This document shows, in pieces, positions 47,301 to 60,148 of a DNA stretch of 64,000 bases. The position numbers were made by a program, and so were the translations under genes. Source of the stretch: Octopus vulgaris (taxonomy: Eukaryota); the NCBI GenBank assembly GCA_951406725.2, contig OX597816.1, positions 78,554,001 to 78,618,000 of the forward strand, given 5' to 3'. Numbering within the stretch: position 1 is the first letter of the stretch; every line of letters begins with the position of its first letter. Below the pieces are notes generated by a model. That model was not told the origin of the DNA. It searched no databases and was given only the letters and a program-made list of their open reading frames with translations.

Positions 47301-49334
47301 ACATGCAAAGGATGTTTCTTCTTTTATGATTATTGACCTATTTATTTTTTTATTTTTGACCTCCTACCAACTTGCCCAAATCAACCAAACTACCAAAGGG
47401 CTTAATCCGATTTTTTGTGCAATTTTTGGAAAAAAAATTTGTTGTAATCTTTACTTTATGTAATTGATAAAACATTATTCGATGTAAATTGGATTGATAA
47501 ATTTATTTATTTATTTATTATTCATTATTATATTTGGCATAAAAAAGTTCCACAGGTTTATACATGGTAGACGGTTTAGACTACAAAGAGACCATCACCC
47601 ATTGCTAATAATTTACGAATTCAAGAAAGGAATCCCAGTGCATAAAGCAAACAGGTTGCAATGATGAAGCACCATACTACTAAACTACGACTACACAATG
47701 GAATATTTACCTTCAAAAAAAGCTAGGACATGCTGATAGCTTATCCAGGTTAATATCCAGAAATAGTGAATCATTCGAGGACACATTAATAGCAGCCCTA
47801 AAAGCTGAAGGGAAAATTAAACAAATAATGTGAAACATTGCACGTGAGTTACCAATAACTCTGGAGGAGATAAAGTGACATGCATCAAAAGACGAGTTCA
47901 TTAATGAAACAAAAAAATTCTGTGGTCAGCAAAAGAAAGCAACAAAAGGTTCAGTAAGAAAAAATAACAAGATGTAAACATATATTCAACATGCAATGGC
48001 ATACTGATGTATGGCCAATGGGTAGTGAAACCTGAAATTCTACAAAGAAGAATGTTGAAAGAATTCCATATTGGATATCTGGGGATTGCAAGGATGAACG
48101 TGCTTATGCACATTTATGTGTATTGACTGAAGATGGACAAGAAAGTTGAAAACGTAGTAAAAGGCTGCAGAGAATATGTTCTGGTAGTGAAATTGCCTCC
48201 TAAAACATGGGTGCCTTAGCTAGAGTAAAAAGTTCATGGTCAAGACTTCATATCAATTTTGCGGGTCTGTTAAATGGTTATTACTATTTAGAAGTCGGCA
48301 GTTTTACAAAATGGTTGGAAATTGTTAAATGCAAAAGATCAACTGCCTCAATTGTAATAAATGTTTTGTATGAACTATTTCCAAGATTTGGCATCCCAGA
48401 CATGATTGTATCGGATAACTGAACACAATTTGTGTCCAGTGAATTTTTAAAATTCTGAAAAATGTTCACGGTAGATCATAAAACGATGGCATCTTATCAT
48501 CCCAGATCAAATGGACAGGCAGAGAGTTTTGTGGACATTTTTGAAAGAGCTTTGAGAAAAGCAAACAAGGAAGCTACAGATGAAGTCACTCTGCAGCAAT
48601 TTCTAAAGGTTTACTGGATGACACAGAACCCCAATACACAAGCAGGAAGTTCACCAGCTGAACTGATGTTCACAAGGAAGGTGAAATCAGTTTTTGATAA
48701 ATTGTTACCTGGTGAGGAAAGAAAAAGTAACAGCAAAGACGATCCAAAATGTTTGTAAAAATGGTAATAAGGTGTATATGAGGTTGTATGAAAATGGAAA
48801 ACAATATTGGGAAGGAGGAAACATTATGAAGTACATAGGAAAAATGATATGCAGAATTAAAAGCAAAAAAGGTATTGAAAAAAGACACAGAAACCAATTG
48901 AAGAAGAGATTCATAGAAAATGAACAAGACAGATTGGAAGAACTTATGAAATGGCTGTATGACACATTTCCGGTACCAACACTGTTAAAAGTGATGGAAC
49001 CCACATGTATAAGTGGAAGAAAAAGGAAGAACACAGAGTTGCTATAAATAGACATCAAAAATAAAAAATATTAAGTTGGAAAAAAATGTTAAAAAGGGAG
49101 GTGGGATGAATAAAGTAAAATAAAATTACTTGCTTCCCCAAGAAAAAAAAATCTAAAAGGAGGGAAGTTGTAGTGAAAATGCTACATTCCTTCCCACATG
49201 ACAAAGTGGTATGAAGCAGCCACATTTTGAAACCTACAATGTGTAGTGGTTGCATTGTACCAGGCTATACAAAACATGTGTAAGCTAAATAAATCATTAA
49301 TAATTCATCTTCAATCTTTGCTTTGTAGAGAGAA

Positions 49335-50960
49335 TTAAGATGTTGTGGGAGAGAAGTGTATACAGACAGATATTGGTGCACTTGCTCTTAGTGATGTTGA
49401 AAAGAAAGTAGCATGGAATAGCTACTATGAAAGACTATTAAATGTAGAGAATGAATGGGAGAAAGGGAGTCTTCCACATATGAACCCATCATAGGAACTA
49501 GCTATCCTAGTTAACAGCAGCATGATAGATAAGGCAATTAAAGATATGAAGACAAGGAATGCTCCTGATCAATCAGGAGTCACATATGAAATGCTTAAGG
49601 TATCTGTTGGATACAGCCTCATCACCTGTATAGTTAAGTAGGTTATTCAGGAAGGTGTATCCTTAATGCCTGGTGCAATAGCATTATAGTTAGCTGCTAA
49701 AAAGGCAATAGAGATGCCTTAGATAGAAGTTATTATAGAAGCATCAAATTGCTGGACCAAGTGATGGAAGTTGCAGAGAGAGTTATAGCCCAATTAATTA
49801 GAAACAGAATTAGACTTGATGAAATGCAGTTTGGCTTTGTCCCAGGAAGAAACACCATGGATGCTATTTTCATAGTCAGGTAGCTGCAAGAGAAGTATTC
49901 AGCTAAGACAGGCTGTTATACTTCGTATTTGTTGATCTACAGAAAGCCTTCAATGGAGTAACTTGCTCTGTGATACGATGGTCTCCAAGAAAACTAGGGA
50001 TAGATGAATGGCTTGTGAAAGCAGTACAGAACATGTACAGGGGTGCTGTTAGTAAGGTAAGAGTTAGCCATAGGTACACTAATGAATTTAATGTACAGGT
50101 AGGTGTCTGCTAAGGGTCAGTCCTCAGCCCCTCCTATTCATCATTGTCCTCCAGGCCATAACAGAGGAATTCAAGACTGGAAGCCCATGAGGACTACTAT
50201 ATGCTGATGATCTTGCCCTCATAACAAAATTTGTAATAGGATTAGAAAAGATATTCCCAGTGTGGAAACAGAATCTGGACTCAAAGGACCTTAAAGTAAA
50301 CTTAGTAAAAACCAAGGTCTTAGTAAGCAAGAAATAGGACATTACCCTTCACCCTTCTGGTAAATGGTCCAGCTTGATATGAAGGAAGGGTGTAGGCAGA
50401 ATTTCCATTCAGTGCAAACGATTGACACAACAGGTGCAGTGGAATAGTGGGAAGGTTAACAGAAAAAGTAGTGTTTGTATGCAGAAGATGTACAGGAGCC
50501 ATAGATACCACAGCTACATGGGAAACTGATTTCTTTAAATGTCTCAGTGGCTCTCTGGAAGTTATAGATAATGTTTGCCACCTAGGTCACCCAATTAGCA
50601 GTGGTGGAAGTTGCACAGAGTGTAATGGCAGAATAAGAATAGGGTGAAGAAAGATCAGAGAGCTTTTACCTCTGTTGACAGCCAAATTTCTCTCTCTCTA
50701 AGTGAAGGACAGATTTTATGTTGATTATAAAAGGAATGATAATCAGTGTGCAGGAGAGGGGACTGTACCGGTTTGGGCAAGTGATACAGATGAATGAGGA
50801 GGGGTTGCATAAAGAAGTGCTGATCACTTAAAGTGGAAGAAAGTTGTGGAAGAGGGAGACACAGAAAGAGATGGGATGAAATGCTGAATGCTGAACCTTA
50901 TGAAGGTGCTGGCAGAGGACCAAGATACATGGTGCCTTGCTGTCCTCAAGAATACCTGCC
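49335..50960 (+). mobile_element. Decayed 5'-truncated RTE LINE
   Basis: DVVGEKC, RLDEMQFGFVPGR, LLYADDLAL, VFVCRRC remnants with many stops. Confidence 0.88.
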
Positions 50961-52962
50961 CACCACAACAGAATTGTGATCCAATATTTACCCTTCTGTA
51001 CCTTGATGCTTGATCCTCAACATCTTTCCTTTTCTGGCTGGGATAGCCATTTATCTCTTCTTTACAAAGGTATTTCTCCTTATCCTTCTATTATACTCTT
51101 GCCTGGCATAACCAACATCCTTCTCATACACCTGACATAAGAAACTTCTCTCAATACTATATCTTACTCCATTAATCAAGGGTCTTGCCTTGCAAGCTAC
51201 TTGTTGACGTCAATAGTACCATTGACATGTAAAGCACCCAGTATACTCTGTACTGTGGTTGGCATTAGGAAGAGCATTCAGCCATAGAAACACTGCCAAA
51301 ACAGACACTGGAGCTGGACAAGTCCTTTGACCTGTCAGATCCTATCAAATCATTCAACTCTTGGCAGTATAATAGAATATGGACACTAAGCAATGATGAT
51401 AATGGTGATGTTGATATGTGTGTGCGTGTGTATTTACACACACACACACACACACATATATCAGTATCATTTTCATCTTTTTTTATCCATTTCAATGCTG
51501 AAATGGTTTGGATGGGCCATCATGGCTTGACTTCTTAGAAGGTACTACAATGTCCTTGGATGTTTTCAAATACTTTCTGCCATTGGATGCTCTTCATAAC
51601 ACCGAATACTTTACAGAGTGTTCTGAATGCATTTTATCATGGCACTGGCACTGAAGAGGTCACAAACTTCTCAAAATAACAACACTAAAGGGACTTCTTG
51701 TTCCTATGTTACCTCTACTTATTAGTCATTCATCAACTACATCACAGTGTGTTCAGTATGCATTTCATCATGGCATTAACAGTAGTAAAGTTGCCTGGTA
51801 TTTTGAAACATGTAAAATATTCCATTGCCCTTCATCACCCACTTTTGTTTTTTACCAGCAGAAGTAATTGTTCCCTAAACTTTCTCCAACTTGTTCAATT
51901 ACATTTTCAGGTCACCAACCTTTGCAGCTAATTAGGTCACCTAGATTAACAGAAGTTACCTATTACTGCTAGAGAGCCTTCAAGGTATTTAAGAAAATCC
52001 AGTTTTTGTGTCTCTGTGGACTTATGAAGTCTACTTTCTCTGTGAGCGTACTTGATATCTCACTATATAGTTTGTGTGTCCATAGTTTACACAAGGTACG
52101 CCATATAGAATTATTACCCACTTCATTTCTGTATACTGAGCATGGCCAATTCACTGACATTTGATTTGGCCCTTTCTTATTTTCTACTTGCTGTCACCTT
52201 AATCTTTGCTATGTTTACTTTGAAGGTTCTCTGTAGATTTGGCAATAAATCAAAAAGAATATTACATAAATAATACATCCCAGTCCCCAAAATTGATTCA
52301 GAGAAAGGCTAGAAATACATTCCTATACTGATTTAATAAATTTATAAGTTCTTTGGTGTTATATCATATCTCTTATATACAGATTGTTCAACATATTCTA
52401 GTACACAGTTCATATCCTCATTGGAATACTCATTTATGTTTGTGACATGTGACAAAAGCATTTAATTCTTGTAAAGGATAAGTCAAGAAAATAAAGTTTA
52501 TGTCTGTCAGTAGCTGGAGCATTGTAAAATTGATAAGTGTTCTGATAGTTTGAAATACTGGATTTAAGTTCCTTTGTGGTGCCTTAGAAAACACTGGGAA
52601 AATAATTTGGTAATTAGATTCAGAGCAAAGTCATTATTATTTATATTGAATTTAAACTGTAGTTTTAATTAAGAATTAGTGAAACTAAGTTATATTGCAT
52701 GAAACTAAGATACATTCCAAAGATCCATTGCATAGAGAAAAATACTCCCGTGTTTCATTAATGAGAGCCCTAAAGTTCTTGAAACTCTCTATCATCAAGG
52801 TTGATTATTTCTATCATAGACATAAGACATTGCTAGTCATTGTACAAGTACTGTTGATTTTATAACTGATTGTTGTACATCATCAATCATCCATTTGTTT
52901 TCATAAATATATTTCTCTGTGAATATGCTTATCATTTGAAGAGAAAAACTGTTTAACCATAC

Positions 52963-53099
52963 CTGAAGTTTGCCAGCTCCTTGCTGGAGATAATAATCAA
53001 AGTATAAACTATAGCCTGCAGGAGGTTTAACATTTGGAAAAGAAAGATGTGTCGCGTCTCCAGGTTTGCCATTTATAGAATCAGCATACATGTAATAGT
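52963..53099 (-). CDS. Exon: MAM domain 2, middle part (YYYMYADSINGKPGDATHLSFP...SLYFDYYLQQGAGKLQ)
   Basis: tctttcag| acceptor, TCAG|gtatgg donor, 137 nt, phase 1-0; YMYADS..G..GD.A.L MAM motif. Confidence 0.92.
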
Positions 53100-53562
53100 C
53101 TGAAAGAAAAGCAAGAAAATGGGAATTAAAGGACAAAACAATGACATGTTCATTACTAGTTTCTTTTATTGCCAAAAAAGTAGTTGATAAGGAACACTAT
53201 AAGAACAAATGACAGCATTATTTCCTTCTCTTATTTTGATTGTGAATGTTAATGTATGATGGACTCTCCTGTGGAAGATGATGTATATGTGTTCAGTTTT
53301 TGCTGAATGTTCTGCACAAATGATTTGTTTATAGTAATCAAATGCTTGTGCTGTACATAAGCTCACTCCCTCCATTCACTCGACATTTGCTGAAAAGGTT
53401 CACTATGTACCACATGTCTGGTGTCGAAGTGTTCACAGAGCAACGTGAGATGAAGTGTTTTGCTCAAGAATACAATGCACCATCCAGTCTAGGAACTGAA
53501 ACTATGATCTCATGATCATGAATGCAACACCCTAACCACTAGGCCATGTGTCCTGAATGCAT

Positions 53563-53608
<46 letters not shown>
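53563..53608. repeat. (TAC)n microsatellite followed by an (AGT)n tract near 53636
   Basis: Directly visible; the two tracts are mutually complementary. Confidence 0.9.
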
Positions 53609-53830
53609 GTTTCTGCTGTTGTAGTAGCAACTGTAAGTAGTAGTAGTAGTAGTTGCAGCAGCAGTTGGAGGAGTAGGAGAAGCACTATAAATATCTCAAA
53701 TTTAGTAAAATGTCAAAATATAATGGATTTTTTAAAGAGGAAATTTTACTGGAGGTATCTTAACCTTAATAATAACTATTTTATAATGGTTTACAGAATA
53801 TATGATAATGCATTATAATATCTGACTTAC

Positions 53831-53983
53831 ATCTGCCATATCGGTTGCCATGTTGACGTGGAATAACACGGTAATCTGAAGAAGATCCTTGGCTCCAGTT
53901 ATATCTGGTATTCTTTGGACATTCAACATGGAAATTACACAGATGTACTTCTTTGAATTTGCAAAAATGGTATGTAAGACCCA
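53831..53983 (-). CDS. Exon: MAM domain 2, N-terminal part (LGLTYHFCKFKEVHLCNFHVECPKNTRYNWSQGSSSDYRVIPRQHGNRYGR)
   Basis: ttcaacag| acceptor, AGAT|gtaagt donor, 153 nt, phase 1-1; CxF-x5-CxF...W...PxxH. Confidence 0.88.
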
Positions 53984-55043
53984 CTGTTGAAACACATGAT
54001 CAATAACATTTGTAAATTTACAAAGGACAAGACAAAATGTAAAATCATATAGTTTATTTAAGTCATCAAATAGTTTACTTGAATGAAAAGTGTAAGAATG
54101 TGCAATAACAATGGTAAATTTATTCAATATTTTGAGCTTAATAAGTTCAAATCAAGAAATAAAAATATTAAATTGATAGTATTACATTTTCCTTGAAGAC
54201 CTTAACCCTCATTACAGCTTTTGATATGACTGTAAATAAAAATATATATTTGCATATTAAAAAAGAATCAACCATATTAAATATAAAACTTGTAAATCGT
54301 AAAGAACTTCAAAAGGTCTCAAGAATCTATTGGTTAATATGAATGTCATTCCCTGCCCTTATTATACTTTATATTTATGGTACTTTGCATGATAGTTTTT
54401 GATATTGTGTACAACTGAAATTTCATTTTAAAGATTTTATTTCACGTTTAGAATTTATCAAAGACAAAATATTGAATGGATTTTTTTATTCTTCAACATC
54501 ATGTTACTTATCATTATTCTTTGTTTAAAATTATGCATTCATATTATTAAAAAATAACTCATGCATTATACTATATAAGCTTTCTATCTTCTGTAATTTT
54601 CAACCATTTAAAATATTTTTAGAAGTTTGGTAGATGATATAAAAGATTAACTAGGATTACTTAGTATTAGAATAAATATATTCCTAAAAACTCTTTTAGT
54701 AGAATATTTGAAAATTCAATGATCTGATGATAAAATTGAAACTATGGACTCTTGGTTTGGACAAAATTGATATATGCTTAAGTATGAGAGTGCATAGCTG
54801 AATGGCTAAGTAGTTCACTTCTCTAACAAAAGATTTTAGATTCTATTCTACTTTCTTGGCATGTAGAGAAAGTTTCTGCTTCAAATCTTTGGATTGATTC
54901 AACCATTCTGAATGAAACTGGTAGATGGAAACATGTGGAAGGCTCTCTAATGGATCATTGTACTAATCCTAGGATGCAATCTTATCAGACATTACTATAC
55001 AGAATCTGCTGGAAGATTGTGTTAAAGGTATTAGAGTTTAAGG

Positions 55044-55670
55044 CAGCTTGTGTAGTCTACAAAAGCATTTTGTGCATCCTGTAAAGGCATTTTGTGTGGC
55101 CCATAAAACCATTTTGCAAAGACTTTCTTATTTTAATAGGTGGCTGAAAATTAACATAATGAAATGCTTCTACCAGAACCACATACTGAAAACACATATA
55201 AAAGTATTTATTTATTAACTTTTATTATTATGTTTCTTTACATTAGTTTCCTTCATGTCTTTATTGAATAAATTGCCATATCCATCAAAACACACTCCTT
55301 TTTGTGGAATACAAGATCTGAACTTATTAGTACATGTTTTAAACAATTTTAGGACGCTTGTTGCCTAAATTTTAGTTTCCAGTAACTCACTGCCTGGCTT
55401 ACAAGAAGTTTGTGCCTGCATTGCATCAATGTGTCTCTTCATATGCAAGGTATGTTATTATACTTGAGCTATATTCAGAATAGATGTGTATATAAATATA
55501 TTTCTCCGTATGTAACACTGATTTTCTACATGCATATTTTGGTACACGATTATGTATATATCAGAACTGAAACATTTTTATATTTTCTTCAGCTTTATTT
55601 GATCCCAGCCCTCCTTGAATGATTCAATTCACAATTTGGCTCTTTGGACAAAAAAGGTTGTGCATCCCTG
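55044..55670. mobile_element. hAT (Charlie-like) non-autonomous element
   Basis: Right end AGGTTGTGCATCCCTG; 8-bp flanks GTTTAAGG (55036-55043) and GTTTAAAG (55671-55678); left TIR degraded. Confidence 0.55.
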
Positions 55671-57497
55671 GTTTAAAGAATGTTCAACAATTTACTCTAA
55701 AAGACAATGAGGAGGAAGCTTAATTAATCAGACAAATGGAATTCTCATTTGTCAAAACTGATACAAGGTTCAGTAATTAATTTTTCTGAGTAAGGCATGT
55801 AAAATAATTATAATGAAATTACTTAACATGGAATTTTATTGTTATTTAATAACCTGCTTCATGGTTGTTTATGCAAGCTGCAATTTGTTTATGCTAAATT
55901 TGCATGTTATATTAGTGAATAGAAGGCAGAGTACTGAAAAACAGTCATGAAGTTCAAGAATTAGTGGCTCATATATTGTCAGTTATTGCCAGTTTTTCAT
56001 AACCAAAGCACTTACCTCTCAGTTAACCAAGTCCATTTCTTGAACAATATTGACTGCGTCCTAAGAAAGCATAGGAATTTGAACCCCAGCTGTAACATAT
56101 CCAGTTAGGGATCATGAGTAAGCCACCACAATGTCACTCAATTGGTCAATAAATTGACCAGTCATCATGAAGCTGTGGTGTGATAAAGTTCTTCAGATGA
56201 TATAAAATCTGTCCCTTTTTCACCCTGTAAAGAGCTGTTTGGCACCCAACTTGGCCAAACAGCCATGGACATTTATCCAAAACACCTTTGGTACTTACAG
56301 AAGGCAGATCATTAAGGCCAAACCACCTTAAGCTAGAAATGATTTTGAACACTTATACACAATGTACCACAGCTAGCCTTCTACAGACACAGTATTCTAT
56401 TCTCCTCCAAGTTGGCGGTTATATTATCAGCATCTTTCTTTTGTAAACAGCCAAAGCAATGAATATGTTAAAAGTTAAAAGTTTGTGAGTTGCTCTATTT
56501 CTTTACACACACAGCCAGCTAGACCACAAGATATGGTCTTCAACAATACAACACACATCAACGAGAAACCACCATAACAATGATGACTAAGCAACCATTT
56601 GATAGAAGTCAGCTTAATTGATTTTCATAGTTACACATAGATAAGATCTCTGTCTCTTCTAGTGTTACTTCAACCACCTCTGCACCACACAGTAAGCATG
56701 TCTTATGTCATTTCCATTTTAACACTTTCAACTTTCTCATCTCTCCTCACCACTCATGTTGACTCCAACTCTACCCAAACCCTACTAACCACTGCACAGA
56801 AGCCTACTTCTCCAGAATGTTGGCCTCTAGAGTTCCCTCCTTCCACATATATTTTTCAAGTGTTGACCTGCTTGTGTGGAACATTAATGATATCCTTTTT
56901 AATGGTCTTGAAAGGCATATGAAGTCCATGGGCACAGCTCCTTTCTCTAGACATAGCTAGTGAAAAGAAACAGACATTGACCAATGAGAGGATAATCATT
57001 CTATTGTTAGAATTTCTCACATCAAGAGAAAAATTTGTGCTTTTGAAGAGAAAAGGCATCTCAAAATTGAGGTGGAGATACTGGAACCTTTATAAAATCT
57101 ATTTGATCACTAGATGTATAAGTAGCATATTTTTACAATTTAATACGCATGAGAATTTTCTCATTTGAGAAAGGTCAAGAAAATTATTTGACCATCTGAC
57201 AACAGGTAGATTGGCAATGAAAGTATTAATTTTAAAATATTTATATAAAACCATTTCCGAGTCAAAATGAATAAAATGACAATTGAATAACCTTTGTAGA
57301 ATTTAGTGAAGATTTTTTGTGACACTGATCAGGTTGAATGAATATGTAAACTTCCTTCCTCACTTGTTAAGTAATAATTTGACCATAACATTGTTTACTA
57401 ATAAAAAACCAGGTTAAAGACTTTGTGAGGATAATTTCAGTAGACATTAAATAGACTTTTATGTACAAAATTATATTTTGTCTACTGAAAACCAAGT

Positions 57498-58285
57498 TCA
57501 TCATCATCCTCACCATCATCGTTTAGCGTCCGCTTTCCATGCTAGCATGGGTTGGACGGTTCAACTGGGGTCTGGGAAGCCAGAAGACTGCACCAGGCCC
57601 AGTCTGATCTGGCAATGTTTCTTTGGGAGGATGCCCTTCCTAACACCACCGGCACAGAGGCCGTCGGGCAGCGCTGGCAACGGCCACGTTCAGATGGTTC
57701 TCTTACGTGCCACCAGCACTGGTATCACAGCTACAATTTCCATTGATGTTGATCGATTTCGATTTTGATTTTGATTCTGATTCTCACTTGCCTCAACAGG
57801 TCTTCACAAGTAGAGTTTTGTGTCCCAAGAAGGAAAGGTATGCATAAATGGACTGGCTACATCCTAGGTAGAGGCCACGGGTTATGGTCTCACTTGTCCT
57901 GCTGGGTCTTTTCATGCACAGCATACTTCCATAGGTCTTGGTCTCTAGTGAGACCTAAAGTTCGAAGGTCATGCTTCACCACCTCGTCCCAGGTTTTCCT
58001 GGGTCTACCTCTTCCACAGGATCCCTCAACCGCTAGGGTGTGGCACTTTTTCACACAACTATCTTCATCCATTCTTGCCACATGACCATACCAGCGCAAA
58101 CGTCTCTCTTGCACACCACAACTGATGCTTCTTAGGTCCAACTTTTCTCTCAAGGTACTTACACTCTGTCGAGTATGAACACTGACATTACACATCCATC
58201 GGAGTATACTGGCTTCATTTCTTGCGAGCTTACGCATATCCTCAGCAGTCACGGCCCATGTTTCACTGCCATGTAGCATGGCTGT
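57498..58285 (-). mobile_element. Young RTE 3' portion
   Basis: TAMLHGSETWAVTAEDMRKLARNEASILRWMC...RPRKTWDEVVKHDLRTLGL in one frame, 3' UTR, CAT-rich tail at 57498. Confidence 0.93.
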
Positions 58286-58774
58286 TGAATGATCTAAAAC
58301 ATCGCAGTAGAACTCTTGATTGGCAGTCTGGCCCTTGGGGAATAAATTCCAGATGCACAATGCTACAGATGTCAAAAAAAAAAAGATAAAAATGAGGAAC
58401 ATGCTCTTCATTGAGCTGTGGCTCTGTTGTGTGCCTGTGCTACTTGAAACGTTGCATACAACCCATTGCCTCATCTCAATAAGCTTACCAAAGCATGCTC
58501 AATGTTTCTGTAGCAGACTTATCAAGTTCAACGCAATATTTCCTGTTGGCCTTTGTTCCAACTTCCTGTCCATGACAAACGTTGCAGATGACAGGATCAC
58601 AAAAACACAAATTTCACAACTTGCGAAGTAAACACAGCAGGTTTCACAATCTGAGAAACAAACGACACACTGCATCATGATGATCACTGCTAGCTCTCAC
58701 TATGCATGCAACTTTATGCCGCCATCTGTTGGCACACTACAGAACTAATCCTGGGAACTTTTTGACACCTCTCG
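58286..58774 (-). mobile_element. Mariner 5' remnant (internally deleted)
   Basis: End ...TTTTTGACACCTCTCG|TA; PKGQTANQEFYCDVL transposase remnant. Confidence 0.72.
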
Positions 58775-58832
58775 TAATTTGAATGAAATCAAGAAGAATT
58801 TGAATTTAAAATGAAAATATTTTGAATCTTAC

Positions 58833-59180
58833 ATTTACATGTTTCATTATGGACTTCAATTTCATCCAAGTATATATATCCGTCCCGATATGAATTAGCA
58901 TTTACTGTACCCTGAAAATTCAGCCCGAATGTTGTTGAATTTGGAAAATCCACACAAGCAGTAATGAATTCAGGAATATCATTGAAATTTGAAGACCACA
59001 ACAATTCTCCCCTTGAATTAAAGTCATTAGTAAAGAGTGCAAATTCTTTCATATTTCTTCTCATTCGGTATTTGAAGGTGACACTAGAATTTTCCTTCAC
59101 ATCTGCTTGAGGTGACTGTATGGAAACTTTTGCATTTTCAGTATTTGTGTTTGAATAAATGTATAAGTATCGGTCTGTGT
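58833..59180 (-). CDS. Exon: MAM domain 1, C-terminal part (TDRYLYIYS...IQSP...VTFKY...LLW...IYLDEIEVHNETCK)
   Basis: ttttacag| acceptor, AAAT|gtaaga donor, 348 nt, phase 1-1; YLYI, xSP, FxY, LW and LDEI...C MAM motifs. Confidence 0.92.
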
Positions 59181-59914
59181 CTGTAAAATAAAGAAAATAA
59201 GCAAAATACATTAATATTGGTATGTGGTTTAAAATAAAGTTGTCAGAATAGTGACTAATCTAATAATAAATCCAAAATACATAGTAACAATAAGTTAATA
59301 ATTTTCTAACTAACAAGGAACTTGTGGATCCATTGTTCATTTTCAGTTTCTGATTGTGAAAGGATGAAACTAAGTCACTTGACCTGGCACTCTACCATTT
59401 TACCTTTCCACTGACTATAAAAGCATCCAGTGCAAAGTAGATTTTATGAAGGTAGAAAACATGTTTCTTGAAATAAGATAGTAAAATATTTGATTGAAGT
59501 CTTATACATATGAAATGAAAGAAAAGGCTGCACTGTTGATCTTAGCAAAATCATTAGTTCCAGTTTGTCTATAACCATTTACTTCAATATGAATGACTAA
59601 ACAAAAAACATTTCACAATGGATTAGTTGCAACAAGAGATGCATTGATTAGTATATTCAACTGATTCAACAAATAAACTAACCCGTCTTGTAAAGCATGG
59701 AAAAATTATTATGGAAAAAACCCCCAAATATATATATATATATCTATAAAGAACATTTTTTTAAATAGAAAAAAGAAAAAAAGAAAGAGAAAGAAAATGG
59801 AGAAGTAGGAAGATAGCTGAAAAAGAGAAAACCCATACAAAAATGATAGACTAAATGTTTGGCAATGCTTGGCATTCACATACATATTTCAGTAGAGAAA
59901 CAAATGCCAGTATA

Positions 59915-60094
59915 GATAATGATAATAAGGCGACAAGGCCTGAAATTTAGGAGGATAGGCCAGTTGATTACATCCATCCCAGTATTTAAATGGTACTCAT
60001 TTTATGGACCTGAAAAGGGTGAAAGGGAAACGCAACCTTGGCAAAAATGAAACTCAGAATCTAAAGAAAGAGAAAATGTCAAAGCAATTTGTTC
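59915..60094 (-). mobile_element. tRNA-headed SINE, family A, 5' part missing
   Basis: ACAAGGCCTGAAAT, GGTACTCATTTTAT, GAAACTCAGAAT as in 2341-2560. Confidence 0.65.

Positions 60095-60148
<54 letters not shown>
60095..60148. repeat. (AAT)18 microsatellite, left flank of the Dong element
   Basis: Pure 54-bp AAT run. Confidence 0.97.

Larger units (their letters stand above)
43450..49340 (+). mobile_element. Decayed Ty3/Gypsy LTR retrotransposon (gag-PR-RT-RH-IN)
   Basis: 5' LTR starts TGTTGTAGG at 43450, PBS-like TGGCGA at 43722, CGGRHLRKEC knuckle, LDTVSDITII protease, AYLDDIL RT, LATDASEYGVGAVL RNase H, FGIPDMIVSDN and YHPRSNGQAE integrase, PPT at 49155-49166 followed by LTR-like sequence. 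Confidence 0.92.

Noticed and set aside
54720-54750. CTGATGA...GAAAC as a hammerhead ribozyme core
   Set aside because: No pairing stem II between the boxes and no flanking stems found.
56016-56060. 45-nt minus-strand segment with ttcttag| and GAG|gtaagt signals
   Set aside because: In the required phase it begins with TGA and has a second stop; the flanking exons already join correctly without it.
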